Assembly (NCBI GenBank): GCA_038087875.1
Contig: CM075993.1
Coordinates: 3,102,001 to 3,166,000 of the forward strand
Direction of reading: 5' to 3'
Source of the DNA: Malacoraja senta
Taxonomy: Eukaryota
Length of the DNA stretch: 64,000 nucleotides
The translations under genes and the position numbers were made by a program. Every line of letters starts with the position of its first letter. Position 1 is the stretch's first letter. This document shows, one piece after another, positions 27,105-40,082 of this stretch. A model generated the notes under the pieces. The model saw only the letters and a program-made list of their open reading frames with translations, was not told where the DNA came from and ran no database searches.

Positions 27105-27470
27105 GCACAGAATTAAGCCATTCAGGTCTACTCCAACATTCAATCTTGGCTGATCTATCTCTCCCTCCTAACCCCATTCTCCTGCCTTCTCCCCGTAACC
27201 CCTGGCACCCGTACTAATCAAGAATCTGGCAATCTCCATCTTAAAAATATCCATTGACCTGGCCTCCACAGCTGTCTGTGGCAGTAAATTCCACAGATTC
27301 ACCACCCTCTGATTGAAGAAATTCCTCCTCATCTCCTTTCTTAAGGTACGTCCTTTAATTCTGAGGCTGTGCCCTCTGGTCCTAGACTCTCCCACTAGTG
27401 GAAACATCCTCTCCACATCCACTCTCTCCAAGCCTTTCACTATTCGGTAAGTCTCAATGAGGTCCCCCCC
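27105..27470 (-). mobile_element. CR1 LINE 3' fragment
   Basis: KGLERVDVERMFPLVGESRTRGHSLRIKG...GYGEKAGEWG. Confidence 0.9.
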
Positions 27471-27947
27471 AGGTGCGTGTAGGATGGTGTTAGTGTGCGG
27501 GGATCGCTGGTCGGCACGGACTCGGTGGGCCGAAGGGCCTGTTTCGGCGCTGTATCTCTAAACTAAACTAAGATGAAATTGCGTTCTGCACTTTGGGCTG
27601 TAGCTCGTGTGGGGCTGTTTGCCTGGGACGGTCAAGTCATCTGTTGCATACGATGGCTGCGGGCGTTCGTCACCCTCCCTGCGGCCTGCATTTGCAATTC
27701 CTGCAACATTCAATTTCCAAGTCTGATGGAACAGCTGCCAGTAAAACCGACTGTGCCTGATCTGGGTCTCTGGCGTTGCGGAGCGACTTGGCTTTGGGTC
27801 AAGCTTGCTCTGCCTAACATCTGCGCAGGCAACCTGAAGCTTTGGCCAAGAGACAAACTCCAAGCAATCATCTTCCTTTCCCCACGAGTGCCACGTGTCG
27901 GTCTCAGAGCCTCCGCGAGGCACACATGCAAGAGATGGGAGGGGAGG

Positions 27948-27970
27948 AGAGAGAGAGAGAGAGACACAGA

Positions 27971-28033
<63 letters not shown>
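27948..28033. repeat. (GA)n-rich microsatellite
   Basis: Read directly. Confidence 0.95.
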
Positions 28034-28113
28034 TGTGGGAGACTGATGGAATGGGAATTAACAAACAAACCTTGCATTTAGGAAGCAGCAGAGAAATCTC
28101 TGAATCCACGTGT

Positions 28114-28470
28114 AGAAACATAGAAAACATAGAAAATAGGTGCAATAGTAGGCCATTCAGCCCTTCGAGCCAGCAACACCATTCGCTGTGATCAATATGA
28201 TCAGTACCCCGTTCCTGCTTTTGCCCCATATCTCTTGATTCTGTTAGCCCTAAGAGCTAAATCTAACCCTCTCTTGAATACATCCAGTGAATCGGCCTCC
28301 ACTGCCTTCTGTGGCAGAGAATTTTTACAGATTCACAACTCTCTGGGTGAAAACGTTTTTCCTCATCTCTGTCACCCCTTATTCTTAAACTGTGACCACT
28401 GGTTCTGGACTCCCCCAACATCGGGAACATTTTTCCTGCATCTAGCCTGTCCAGTCCTTTAAGAATTTTA
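28114..28470 (-). mobile_element. CR1 LINE 3' fragment
   Basis: (CATAGAAA)n tail and reverse-complement ORF2 end. Confidence 0.85.
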
Positions 28471-29667
28471 GAATGTTATATGTTTCTATATTTTATATGT
28501 TTCTACATGTGTTTCTATATGTTTCTGTATTCTTATATGTGTCGGAAGGAACTGCAGATGCTGGCTTGCACTGAAGATAGACACAAAATGCTGGAGTAAC
28601 TCAGCGGGACAGGCAGCATCTCTGGAAGGAAGGAATGGGTGACGTTTCGTTTGAAGAAGGGTCTCGACCCAAAACGTCACCCATTCCTTCTCTCCACAGA
28701 GATGCTGCCTGTCCCGCTGAGTTACTCCAGCGTTTTGTGGCTTTCTTTACTACAGTGAGTTGGATAAACTGGCCGCCTGTTCCATGCATTTGCGGAAAAA
28801 CCTTCAGTGTCAACACTGAAATGTGAGTAAATAATCTGAGATAATATGAGGAGAATTACCCTGATGGGTCTCACAAGTTCACAAGTTATAGGAGTAGAAT
28901 TAGGCCGTTCGGCCCATCGAGACTATCCCGCCTAATTCGGACCATCAAATTCTCTCCGGAGCTGCTGCCTGTCCCGCTGAGTTACATAGAAACATAGAAA
29001 ATAGGTGCAGGAGGAGGCCATTCAATGAGGCCCATTCATTGTGATCATGGCTGATCGTCCCCAATCAATAACCCGTGCCTGCCTTCTCCCCATATCCCTT
29101 GATTCCACTAACCCCTAGAGCTCTATCTAACTCTCTCTTAAATCCATCCAGTGATTTGGCCTCCACTGCCCTCTGTGGCAGGGAATTCCACAAATTCACA
29201 ACTCTCTGGGTGGAAACGTTTTTTACTCACCTCAGTCTTAAATGGCCTCCCCTTTATTCTAACACTGGTTCTGGACTCTTAACTGCAGCATTTTGCGTCT
29301 ATCTTCAGGATATGGGCGGGATTGGCCCAGGAGACGAAGCTCCGACTCTGGTTTCGGGATCAACGCGTTAGTGATGATTTAAATTGGGATAAACCAGGCA
29401 TCTAAATCCTCACAATCCCGCTCATCCTCAAAGCAGTGTGATGTGTTTTGTCAGCAGCCAGCCGGCCAAGCTGCTCGCGGCTGGCCACGGCTCACACAAG
29501 TGATGCGAAGACCTACAGAGGATTAACAGCATCTCAAGCCAACTCTGTGAGCCAACGAAAATAGATCCTTTCACTCTGACAGTGGTGCTGGTTGTCGGAA
29601 GTTTGTTCTTTAGTTTAGTTTCGTTCATCTCTGTATCTCTGCACTAAGTAAGTAAGTAAGTAAGTAA

Positions 29668-30023
29668 AGGGCCTGTCCCACGTGCATGCGACTGCATGCG
29701 GCAAGCGTGACCTAACGTGGTCGCTTGAGCCGTACGGCCTCGCGGGGCCGGTCCCACCTCGATCGCCGGAGCCGCGTGGAGGTGTGCGGAGCTGGTCCCG
29801 ACATCGCGCGGGGCTCCGAAAAACTGACACTGTTCAAAAATTCCGCGCGGCAACTGCCTGCCGCCTCGACGGGCGTACGCAGCGTCTCGACGCCGTACGT
29901 CACGCGCGAACTTCCCGCGGACTTCGCTCGGACTACACGTCACTCACAAGACCTCCGCGCGGCCCCCGCTTCCGGTTTGGTCGCGCTCGGCACATGCAGT
30001 CGCATGCTCGTGGGACAGGCCCT
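29668..30023. mobile_element. Harbinger-like MITE (distinct GC-rich interior) inside a (TAAG)n retroposon tail
   Basis: TIRs AGGGCCTGTCCCACGTGCATGCGACTGCATG / CATGCAGTCGCATGCTCGTGGGACAGGCCCT; TAA TSD. Confidence 0.85.
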
Positions 30024-30617
30024 TAAGTAAGTACGTTTATTGGCCAAGTATTCACATACAAGGAATTTGCCTTGGTGCTCCGAATGCAAACCAAATTCAG
30101 CGAATGAGGAAACCCCCCCCCCCCCCCCCACCAAACCAACAACGCGAAACAAATCAGAAGCCCAAAGTTCCCGGTATGACCAAAACTGTTCATAGTTTAG
30201 AACCATACAAAATATGTGCAGGAGTTGGCAATTCGGCCCTTCGAGCCAGCACCGCCATTCGATATGATCATGGCTGATCATCCAGAATCAGAATTTGTGG
30301 AATTCCCTGCCACAGAGGGCAGTGGAGGCCAAATCACTGGATGGATTTAAGAGAGAGTTAGATAGAGCTCTGGGGGCTAGTGGAATCAAGGGATATGGAG
30401 AGAAGGCAGGCACGGGTTATTGATTGGGGACGATCAGCTATGATCACGATGAATGGCGGTGCTGGCTCGAAGGGCTGAATGGCCTCCTCCTGCATCTATT
30501 TTCTATGTTTCTATGTTTCTAGTACCCCGTTCCTGCTTTTTTCCCCATATCACCTTGATTCCTTTAGCCCTAAGAGCGAAATCTTACTCTAATAACTTAA
30601 AGTTTTGTTGGTTTTTG

Positions 30618-30911
30618 TAGTTTAGTTTAGTTTAGAGGAACAGCACGGGAAACAGACCCGAGTCCACACCGACCAGCGATCCCCGCACACTAACACTATC
30701 CTACACACACTAGGGACTATGTACAATCATACCAAGCCAATTAACCTACAAACTTGTACGTGTTTATAGTGTGGGAGGAAACTGGAGATCTCGTAGAAAA
30801 CCCACGTGGTCACGGGGAGAATGTACAAACTCCGTACAGACAGCACCCATAGTTGGGATCGAACCCGGGTCTCTGGCGCTGAGAGGCAGCAACTCTACCG
30901 CTGCGCCACCA
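30618..30911 (-). mobile_element. HE1-type SINE, near full length
   Basis: tRNA head, central domain and tail on minus. Confidence 0.88.
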
Positions 30912-32195
30912 CGTTTTATTTTCGTTTAGATGGCGATGTTTGATTTAGACATTGCAAACAGACATGCGTCACCTCATCGCAAATATAGTTAAGTAAAGTC
31001 GGTTCAGGTACAGTCGCAATATAGTTAAGTACAGCCATGCATGGTCGCACGCAACAATGCATGCTCCACCTCATCGCAATATAGTTAAGTGCAGTCGAAA
31101 CGTAACTCAGCGGGACAGGCAGCATCTCTAGAGAGAAGGAATGGGTTACATTTCGGGTCGTGAATTTATGGAATTCCCTGCCACAGAGGGCAGTGGAGGC
31201 CAAATCACTGGATGGATTTAAGAGAGAGTTAGATAGAGCTCTAGGGGCTAGTGGAGTCAAGGGATATGGGGAGAAGGCAGGCACGGGTTATTGATTGGGG
31301 ACGATCAGTCATGATCACAATGAATGGCGGTGCTGGCTCGAAGGGCCGAATGGCCTCCTCCTGCACCTATTTTCTATGTTTCTATGTTTCTATGAGACCC
31401 GAAACGTCACCCATTCCTTCTCTCCAGAGACGCTGCCTGTCCCGCTGAGCTACTCCAGCTTTTTGTGTCTATCTTCGGTTTAAACCAGCATCTGCAGTTC
31501 CTCCCTACACATTCAGTGCAAGTGCAGTCGGCTACTTGCTGTTGGCAGACAAGTTGCGGTTGGTTTGGAAGGCAGTTTGGCACGACTCGCTACGGTGGGC
31601 TGGTGCGAGTGAGACGGGAGCTGGATTATGGTCCACAGTGCAAGATGAGTACATCTGCTACCCAATCTGCTCCGCGCATTTGTCGGGCTGTCATCTCAGA
31701 GCGGAGATGCAATCTGCTGCGAACGCCTGAGTCTTACTGCAACCCCTCCAGGGGTTGGTGGTGTCAGACAGGAGACGCTCGCAGCTTCTGCAGCTTCATA
31801 TTCGGAATGCCTGGAAAGTTGATCTTATCTGGCGAGATTGCCAGCTGGAAGGTTTTTGAAAGCCACGGGATAACTTGGGCATTAATTTGAACAATCTCGG
31901 GCAGGACAAGCCCTCCGAGTTGGGCAGGTTTCCCGGAGGGAGATGATAATTGAATCCAACATCATGCCACGGACATCAGGAGTCGGTTTAGCCTCCAGCG
32001 TTCGAGACAAAGGCCCGGCAATGAAAAAAAAAAATCCATCCTTTCTAGAGTCATTAAAACCAGCCCACATCATGGACTCTTCACCATGGAGTAGTCAGAG
32101 CACAGGAGGGCAAGGAAAACAACACCACGGAAGAGTGGAAGAAGGAACTGCAGATGCTGGTTTGCACCGAAGATCGACACAAAAAGCTGGAGTAA

Positions 32196-32475
32196 AGGGG
32201 CAGTCCCACTGTACGAGTTCATTCCAAGAGCTCTCCCGAGTTTAAAAACGTAGGATGTACGTAGCGGGTACGTCGTAGCTCGGGGACGTCTCTTAGCGGC
32301 TCGTAACGCTAACGGCAGGTACTCGGGAAACGCGGTAAGCTCCTGAAGACTCGTGAAGATTTATCAACATGTTTACAAATGTCCACGAGAGCCCCGAGTA
32401 CCGACGAGCGACCATTACCGTACTTCTCCGAGTTCGATTCAGGGGAAACTCGGGAGAACTCTTGAATTAGCTCGT
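32196..32475. mobile_element. Harbinger-like MITE (one TIR eroded) inside a Penelope-derived repeat
   Basis: TAA + AGGGGCAGTCCCACTGTACGAG; interior like 33595-33924. Confidence 0.75.
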
Positions 32476-33594
32476 AACTCAGCGGGACTGGCCCATAACT
32501 CAGCGGGACAGGGCAGCATCTCTGGAGAGAAGGAATGGATGATGTTTTCGGGCCAAGACCACTTCTTGGAAGAGTGAATGTGTGGAGCGTGGAGAGAGTG
32601 TGCTTGTGAGAGAGAATGATAATGTCTCTGTGGACACACATACAGACACCAGTTTTAAAGTCAATGGAAGTCCATGCACAGAGAATTCAGTGTGTACATA
32701 GCATGCATCATCTACACTCAGACACAATTGCCGGAGTTGCTCAGCGGGCCAGGCAGCATCTCCGGGGAGATGGATCATCCCCTTTGATGTCTCTGGAGAG
32801 AAACTCAGAAACATGGAAAACAGGTGCAGGAGTAGGCCGTTCGGCCCTTCGAGCCAGCACCACCGCCATTCAATAAGATCGTGGCTGATCATCGAAAATC
32901 GGCACTGACTCAAGAGAAGGGTCTCGCCCCGAAACCTCGCCCATTCCTTCTCTCCATAGATGCTGCCTGGCCCGCTGAGTTACTGCAGCGTTTTGCGTCT
33001 ATCTTTGAAGGAAAAGGATTGCCGGAGATGGGAGGTGTTGTGAGGACTGTGGGGAGGGTCGGGCCATGAAAGGGCCGAATTGTGTTTCGTTCTGCTTCAC
33101 TAGGTGCCAGCAATAAATATAAATACTCAGCCATGACATATGTTTACTCGTGTAAGCACCTCAGTGAGGCTTTCTACCATCTACATCTTTTGATGATGGG
33201 CATCAGATAAGATTAGATTTTAATAAAATTTTGTTATCATGCTATTACTTTAAATCCATTAAGCTGCATATTCAATTTGCTATATAAAATTCACACAATG
33301 GCCCTGTTAATATACATTTAACATTGATACATAAACTGAGATATAATCTTAATTGGAAATTCAGGCTGCGCAGTAAATGCATTGAAACATGATGTCCTGG
33401 TTTTGTTATTTTTCTGTCTAATGCTCGATTATATGAATTTACACTTGCAGTTGGGCATAAAGCTCATCAAAGTCTTCACCGATTATTTTTTTATGCTTTA
33501 TTAGTTCAATCTCCGCTTTCAAATGCGTGTGGAGAGAGGGGTGTCTTTACAAGAAACACAATTGTCTGGAATTTGCAAGCTAAATCCAGTCACA

Positions 33595-33924
33595 TAGCCC
33601 TGTCCCACGGTACGAGTTCATTCCAAGAGCACTCCCGAGTATTTAAAAAATCAAACTCGTGGTAAGCACGGAGAATGAACGTAGCGGGTACGTCGGAGCT
33701 CGGGGACGTCTCTTAGCGGCTCGTAACGCTAACGGCAGGTACTCGGGAAGACTCGCTAACGGCAGGTAAGCACGGGAAGACTCGTGAAGATTTTTCAACA
33801 TGATGAAAAATGTCCACGAGAGCCCCGAGTACCGACGAGTGGCCATTACCGTCAATCTCCGAGTTCGAATCAGGGGAAACTCGGGAGAACTCTTGGAATG
33901 AACTCGTACCGTGGGACAGGGGTT
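33595..33924. mobile_element. Harbinger-like MITE, complete
   Basis: TIRs CCCTGTCCCACGGTACGAGTTCATTCCAAGAG at both ends. Confidence 0.85.
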
Positions 33925-34007
33925 TAACACTCTCCTCTGAGTTAGTGGGTTTTGGTTTCAAGTTCTACCACGGGCTGACGTGGTGGATGGAACGAGCTGC
34001 CAGAGGA

Positions 34008-34777
34008 AGCATGCAGGTACAGCAGGCAGTGAAGAAAGAGAATGGCATGTTGGCCTTTATAACAAGAGGAGTCGAGTATAGGAGCAAAGAGGTCCTTCTG
34101 CAGTTGTACAGAGCCCTAGTGAGACCACACCTGGAGTATTGTGTGCAAAACTGGTCCCCTAATTTGAGGAAGGACATTCTTGCTATTGAGGGAGTGCAGC
34201 GTAGGTTCACCAGGTTAATTCCCGGGATGGCGGGACTGTCATATGCTGAGGGAATGGAGCGGCTGGGCTTGTACGCTCTGGAGTTTAGAAGGATGAGAGG
34301 AGATCTTATTGAAACATATAAGATTGTTAAGGGTTTGGACACGCTAGAGGCAGGAAACATGTTCCCGATGGTGGGGGAGTCCAGAACCAGGGGCCACAGT
34401 TTAAGAATAAGGGGTAAGCCATTAAGAACAGAGACGAGGAAACACTTTTTCTCACAGAGAGTTGTGAGTCTGTGGAATTCTCTGCCTCAGAGGGCGGTGG
34501 AGGCCGGTTCACTGGATACTTTCAAGGGAGAGCTAGCTAGGGCTCTTAAAAATAGCGGAGTCAGGGGATATGGGGAGAAGGCAGGAACGGGGTACTGATT
34601 GGGGATGATCAGCCATGATCATAGAAACATAGAAACATAGAAAATAGGTGCAGGAGTAGACCATTCGGCCCTTCGAGCCTGCACCGCCATTCAATATGAT
34701 CATGGCACATTGAATGGCGGTGATGGCTCGAAGGGCCAAATGGCCTACTCCTGCACCTGTTGTCTATTGTCTATTGT
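34008..34777 (+). mobile_element. CR1 LINE 3' fragment with open ORF2 C-terminus (34011-34598); inverted CR1 tail inserted at ~34621-34706
   Basis: LLQLYRALVRPHLEYCVQNWSP...VQRRFTRLIPG...TRGHSL...RVVSLWNSLP. Confidence 0.93.
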
Positions 34778-35684
34778 AGATGAGGCAGGGACTATCACGA
34801 CATTTAAAAGACATTTGGACAGGTACATGGATCGGAAAGGTTTAGAGGGCCAATTGCGGAAAGGTTAAACTAATGGGATCTTCCGTTTCCTCCCACTTTC
34901 CTAAGACGTACAGGTTTGTAGGTTAATTGGCTTGGTGTATGTGTAAATTGGCACTAGTGTGTGTAGGGTTGTGTTAGTGTGCGGGGATCGCTGGTCGGCA
35001 CGGACTCGGTGGGCCGAAGGGCCTGTTTCCACACTGTATCTCTAAACTAAACTCACCTTCAACCTATGTCCCCTAGTTCTTGATTCCCCTCATAAATTCT
35101 CCTTGGATTCTCCACTCATTTTGATGGAAATTCCCAACTGGGACTTAAGAAAGAAAAGTTCAATTATGTCTTTATTTTCCTTGTTTTGCTCTATTTCAAT
35201 GCTTTAATTATTTATTTGAAGTTCAATGCATTTCCAACCCATTTTATTTTTCTATCCTCTTCATTTTTAATACGTTTTTATTTATTTAAACCAATTTTAA
35301 TAGCTTGTAAATGCCTCAGAGATCAAAACCATTACAAAGTTTCATAGATTTTGCCGGGAGATAAGGTGACACTCCTGTGTAGGAAAGAACTGCAGATGCT
35401 GGTTTAAATCGAAGGTAGATACTAAATGCTGGAGTAACTCAGCGGGACAGGCGGCATCCCTGGAGAGAAGGAATGGGTGACGTTTCGGGTCGAGAACCTT
35501 CTTCGGACTTCAGTCTCGACCCGAAACGTCACCCATTCCTTCTCTCCAGAGATGCTGCTGCCTGTCCCGCTGAGTTACTCCAGCATTTTGTGTCTATTCC
35601 TGGCTTGGTTCTAATTGAACGCTCTCAGGGAGTTCATGGCAAGGATTTATATGTCAGCTATATCCAGATACTGGTGAGGCCTAA

Positions 35685-36037
35685 AGCCCCTGTCCCACTA
35701 TGTGAGTTCACCCAAGAGTTCTCCCGAGTTAAAAAAAAAATCAAACTCCTAGTATTCTACAAACTCCTACGACCTTCCACGAGTATGTTGACGAGCTCCT
35801 ACAAGTAAAAAGTATCAATTTATTTCATCACGAGTATTTTTTTACTCGTGAAGTTTTTATGAAAAATGTCCACGAGTAAAATAATACTCATGATGAAAAA
35901 AATTGATATTTTTTACGTGTAGGAGCTCGTGAACATACTCGTAGAAGGTCGTAGGAGTTTGTAGAATACCACGAGTTTAATTTCTTTTTTTCACTCGGGA
36001 GAGCTCTTGGGTAAACTCGCATAGTGGGACAGGGCCT
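35685..36037. mobile_element. Harbinger-like MITE, almost fully palindromic
   Basis: TIRs extend inward to a short central spacer; TAA TSD. Confidence 0.85.
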
Positions 36038-36161
36038 TAACTATGCCTTGCCTCTTGTTTCAGGGCTCCCAGGGCAAATGGACAGGCTCACCGGAACATA
36101 TGATGAGCTTTTGAGTCAATTCATTCACAATGTTTGCGGGTGGATGCTGAGGCTTTATAAA

Positions 36162-37003
36162 GTAAAGTAAAGTAAAGTAAGTTTATTTATATAGCGCCTT
36201 TCAATCAGATTACTGAAACCAAAGCGCTTTACAGACAATTAACCATATAATAAAAAATAAAAAGGTAGAATAAAAAAGACACGACACACTATTTAGAGAT
36301 TCAACATGAACATTCCCCCACAGCAGAGTCGACACTCTCCACCGTGAGGGAAAGGCACCAAAATGTCCAGTCCTCCTCCTAGTCCACCCGAGATCGGGGC
36401 CAGTCTGAGGGCTCCGCAGCCAGTCGCCGCAACGGCAGCCCGATGCTGCAGGCCCCACCCGCCGGGAAGCTGGAACACCGGCATCGGGTGGAAAGTCCTC
36501 AATGGCCTGGAAGTGTCTGGAGGGGCCGCTCCCTCCCCGGAGACTGCGACGCCCGTAGTCCTCAGGCCGCGCCGGTTGGAGCCTCGACTCTGACTCCGCG
36601 GTGTTCTCGACCCAGTGCCGCCCGCCCGTGGCAGGTCGCCCTCAGACCGCAGACCGCAGCTGCTTGATGTCGGTGGTCGGCGGTCACAGCACTCCGGAGC
36701 GGCGACCCGGCAAGGCATCGCCCGCTCCCTGTTGGTGTCCCAGCACTGTGCCGCCGAAGCTGTGGTCCCCCGGCAGGAACGCCGCTCCAGCCCGATGGAA
36801 GGCCGCATGGGGAGACCGGAGATGCGATTTGGAGGAAAACCGCATCTCCGACCAGGTAGGACTGGGGTTAAAACAGTTCCCCCCCCCCACATAGAAAGTA
36901 TAGACTCCAAAAAAATGTTTTAGACAATAAAAAAGTTAGAGGACGGACTGCAGGCAGGCGGCCATACAAACGGCGCCCACTCCTGCACATCCACCATCTT
37001 GAA
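36162..37003 (-). mobile_element. Non-autonomous GC-rich retroposon with L2-like tail
   Basis: Minus strand starts CAAGATGGTGG and ends TGTAAAGCGCTTTGG...GCGCTATATAAATAAA(CTTTA)n; TSD AGGCTTTATAAA (36150-36161, 37004-37015); no RT ORF. Confidence 0.7.
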
Positions 37004-38227
37004 AGGCTTTATAAAGTAAAGTAAAGTAAAGTAAGTTTATTTATATAGCGCCTTTCAATCAGATTACTGAAACCAAAGCGCTTTACAGACAATTAACCAT
37101 ATAAATAAAAAATAAAAAGGCACTGGTCAGGCCGCCTTGGGAGTATTGTGAGCCCAACACGAGACATCACATTCCCATGCTCTCCAGAGGGAGATGCTGC
37201 CTGACCCTCCGAGTTAGTCCAGGCACTTTGGGTCTTTTTTTTGTAAACCAGCATCTGCAGTTCCTTGTATCTACTGGTGCGGAGGGCACATCATTTGATA
37301 GTTCAGGAGTTGAGACGTCATGATGCAGTTGTACAAGATGTTAGTGACACAGGCTCTGGAGTATTGCATGCCGATGCCAGTCTGGTCATCGTACTTGTGG
37401 AAGGATGTCGTTAGTCTTGGAGTGTGCCAGAAAGATTCACAAAAAATGTTATAAGGTCATAAGTGATAAGAGTAACATAGAAACATAGGAAACAGGTGCA
37501 GGAGGAGGCCATTCGGTCCTTCGAGCCAGCACCGCCATTCATTGTGATTATGGCTGATCGTCCCCAATCAATAACCGTGCCTGCCTTCTCCCCATATCCC
37601 TTGATTCCACTAGCCCCTAGAGCTCAATCCAGTGATTTGGCCTCCACTGTCCTCTGTTGCGGCCAAATTAGGCTGTTCGGCCCATCAAGTCTACTCCGCC
37701 ATTCAATCATGGCTGATCTATCTCTCCCTCCTATTCTCCGATAAGGTCATAAAATCTCCTAGATGATCATAAACTATAAGGTTATATTGCCAAGTCTCAG
37801 GGGCCTTGAGTTATCAGGAGGGACTGGAAAAGTTGGGACAGTTTCCTCGAGTAATGGGAGCGGAGAGGTGACCTTATAGAACCACGTACAATCATGAAGG
37901 ACACAGATAAAACTGATGATCACAGTACATTTCCACCTCAAGGTCTGCAGAAGTTCTAAAAGGCAGCCCATCACAACCTTCTGAAGGACAATTCCAGACG
38001 GGCAATTAAATGCTGGTTCTGACTGTGACGCCCACATCCCTTGAATGAATTAAACAACCTCCATTGAGCTCACAAAGTCATCGAGTCACACAGCATGGAG
38101 GCGGGCCCTTCGTCCCGACTCACCCATGCCATCTTCAATCACGGAAAGATCTTCCATGCCCAGTGCATGATAGCTGCCACGCACCATGGGATTGATTAGA
38201 CTATATATATACAACGTATACAATCGC

Positions 38228-38551
38228 GGGGCGGTGGCGCAACGGTAGAGTTGCTGCCTTACAGCGCTCGCATCGCCAGAGACCCCGGTTCGATCCTGAC
38301 TAGGGGTGCTGTCTGTACGGAGTTTGTCCGTTCTCCCCGTGACCTGCGTGGGTTTTCTCCGAGATCCTCGGTTTCCTCCCGCACTCCACAGACGTACAGG
38401 TTTGGCTTGGGTTTGTATACTTGGTATAAGTGTCAATTGTCCCTAGTGTGTGTAGGATAGTGTTAATGTGCGGGGATCGCTGGTCGGCACGGACTTGGTG
38501 GGCCGAAGGGCCTGTTTCCGCGCTGTATCTGTAAACTAAACTAAGCTAAAC
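38228..38551 (+). mobile_element. HE1-type SINE, full length
   Basis: A/B boxes, central domain, (CTAAA)n tail; ACAAT at both flanks. Confidence 0.9.
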
Positions 38552-38710
38552 AATTGTGTCAATGTGTAGGAAGGAACTGCAGATGCTGGTTTAAACCAAA
38601 GATAAACACAAAATGCTGGAGTAACTCAGCACCTTCTGAAGAAGGGTCTCGACCCGAAACGTCACCCATTCCTTCTCTCCAGAGATGTTGCCTGTCCCGC
38701 TGAGTTACTT

Positions 38711-39072
38711 TGGGTGACGTTTCAGGTCGAGACCCTTCTTCAGACCGATGTCAGGGGAGAGGGAGGTACATAGATAAGGAAGTGAAAGGTGTGAAAACTG
38801 GGACAAAGGGGATGGAGATCAAGGAAGATGTCGAAGAGATCGTTGTTAGCTGGGAGAAGGTGACAACAAAGCAAACAGAGATAGAATGTAGTCGGAGACA
38901 GTCAGACTGGTCGGAGAACTGGGAAGGGGAGCGGATGGAGAGAGAGGGAAAGTAACGGTTACTTGAAGTTAGAGAAGCCAATGTTCATACCACTGGGGTG
39001 TAAGCTACCCAAGCGAAATATGAGGTTCTGTTCCTCCAATTTGCGCTGGGCCTCACCCTGACAGCGGAGGAG
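38711..39072 (-). mobile_element. Penelope-like element 3' fragment
   Basis: CQGEAQRKLEEQNLIFRLGSLHPSGMNIGFSNFK-like end on minus, UTR, hammerhead core ~38716-38743. Confidence 0.82.
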
Positions 39073-39356
39073 TGCCAATGTTGGTTTGGAATTCCTCTTT
39101 CCTTCACAGTTGCCGGTTTCACTGCTGTCTGTAAACTCAGTGCCGTTTTAAGTCTCTTTGCTCTTGCACAGCCCACTCCTAATCCCCGCAGATAAAAGTT
39201 TAAGGAAGCTCTTCCTTTTTTTCTTTCAATAGCTTCTGTCGAGTGCCAGTGAGAACAAGTACACATAGAGTATTATCCAAAACCCTTCATCTTTCTCCAA
39301 AGGCTTTATCTTTGTACACAAGTGTGTGTCACTGGAAGTGCAGCTACCAACAGACA

Positions 39357-39658
39357 GTTTTAGTTTAGCTTAGAGATACAGGCCCTTCGGCCTACCGAGT
39401 CGGCACTGACCAGCGATCCCCGCAAACTAACACTATCCTACACACACTAGGGACAATTTACACATACACCAAGCCAATTAACACACAAACCTGTACGTCT
39501 TTGGAGTGTGGGAGGAAACGGAAGATCTCGGAGAAAACCCACGCGGGTCATGGGGAGAAAACGTACAAACTCCGTACAGACGGCACCCGTAGTCGGGATC
39601 GAACCGGGGTCTCTGGCGCTGTGAGGCAGCAACTCTACCGCTGCATCACCGTGCCCCC
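39357..39658 (-). mobile_element. HE1-type SINE, full length
   Basis: All SINE modules on minus. Confidence 0.88.
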
Positions 39659-39882
39659 CCTTGGAAAGAAATATGGTATAGAAAGAGCAGACACAAGAAG
39701 TGCAGATGCTGGTTTACAAAAAAAGAGTCAAAACGCTGGAGTAACTTTAGTGAGTCGGACGGCATTCCCAGGAGAACGTGGATAGGTAACGTTTTGGGAA
39801 TTGCAAATGCAGGCCGCAGGGAGGGTGACGAATCCCCGCAGGCTGCGTATGCAACAGGTGCCTTGACCGTCCCAGGCAAACA

Positions 39883-40082
39883 NNNNNNNNNNNNNNNNNN
39901 NNNNNNNNNNNNNNNNNNNNNNNNNNNNNNNNNNNNNNNNNNNNNNNNNNNNNNNNNNNNNNNNNNNNNNNNNNNNNNNNNNNNNNNNNNNNNNNNNNNN
40001 NNNNNNNNNNNNNNNNNNNNNNNNNNNNNNNNNNNNNNNNNNNNNNNNNNNNNNNNNNNNNNNNNNNNNNNNNNNNNNNNNN
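39883..40082. other. Assembly gap (200 N)
   Basis: Run of N. Confidence 1.

Noticed and set aside
31520..31870. Moderately GC-rich block, possibly an old LINE 5' region or exon
   Set aside because: I could not assign any motif, terminus or TSD, so no call is supported.
33810..34598. 262-aa ORF as a host or fusion gene
   Set aside because: Chance read-through from a MITE into a 5'-truncated CR1 ORF2.
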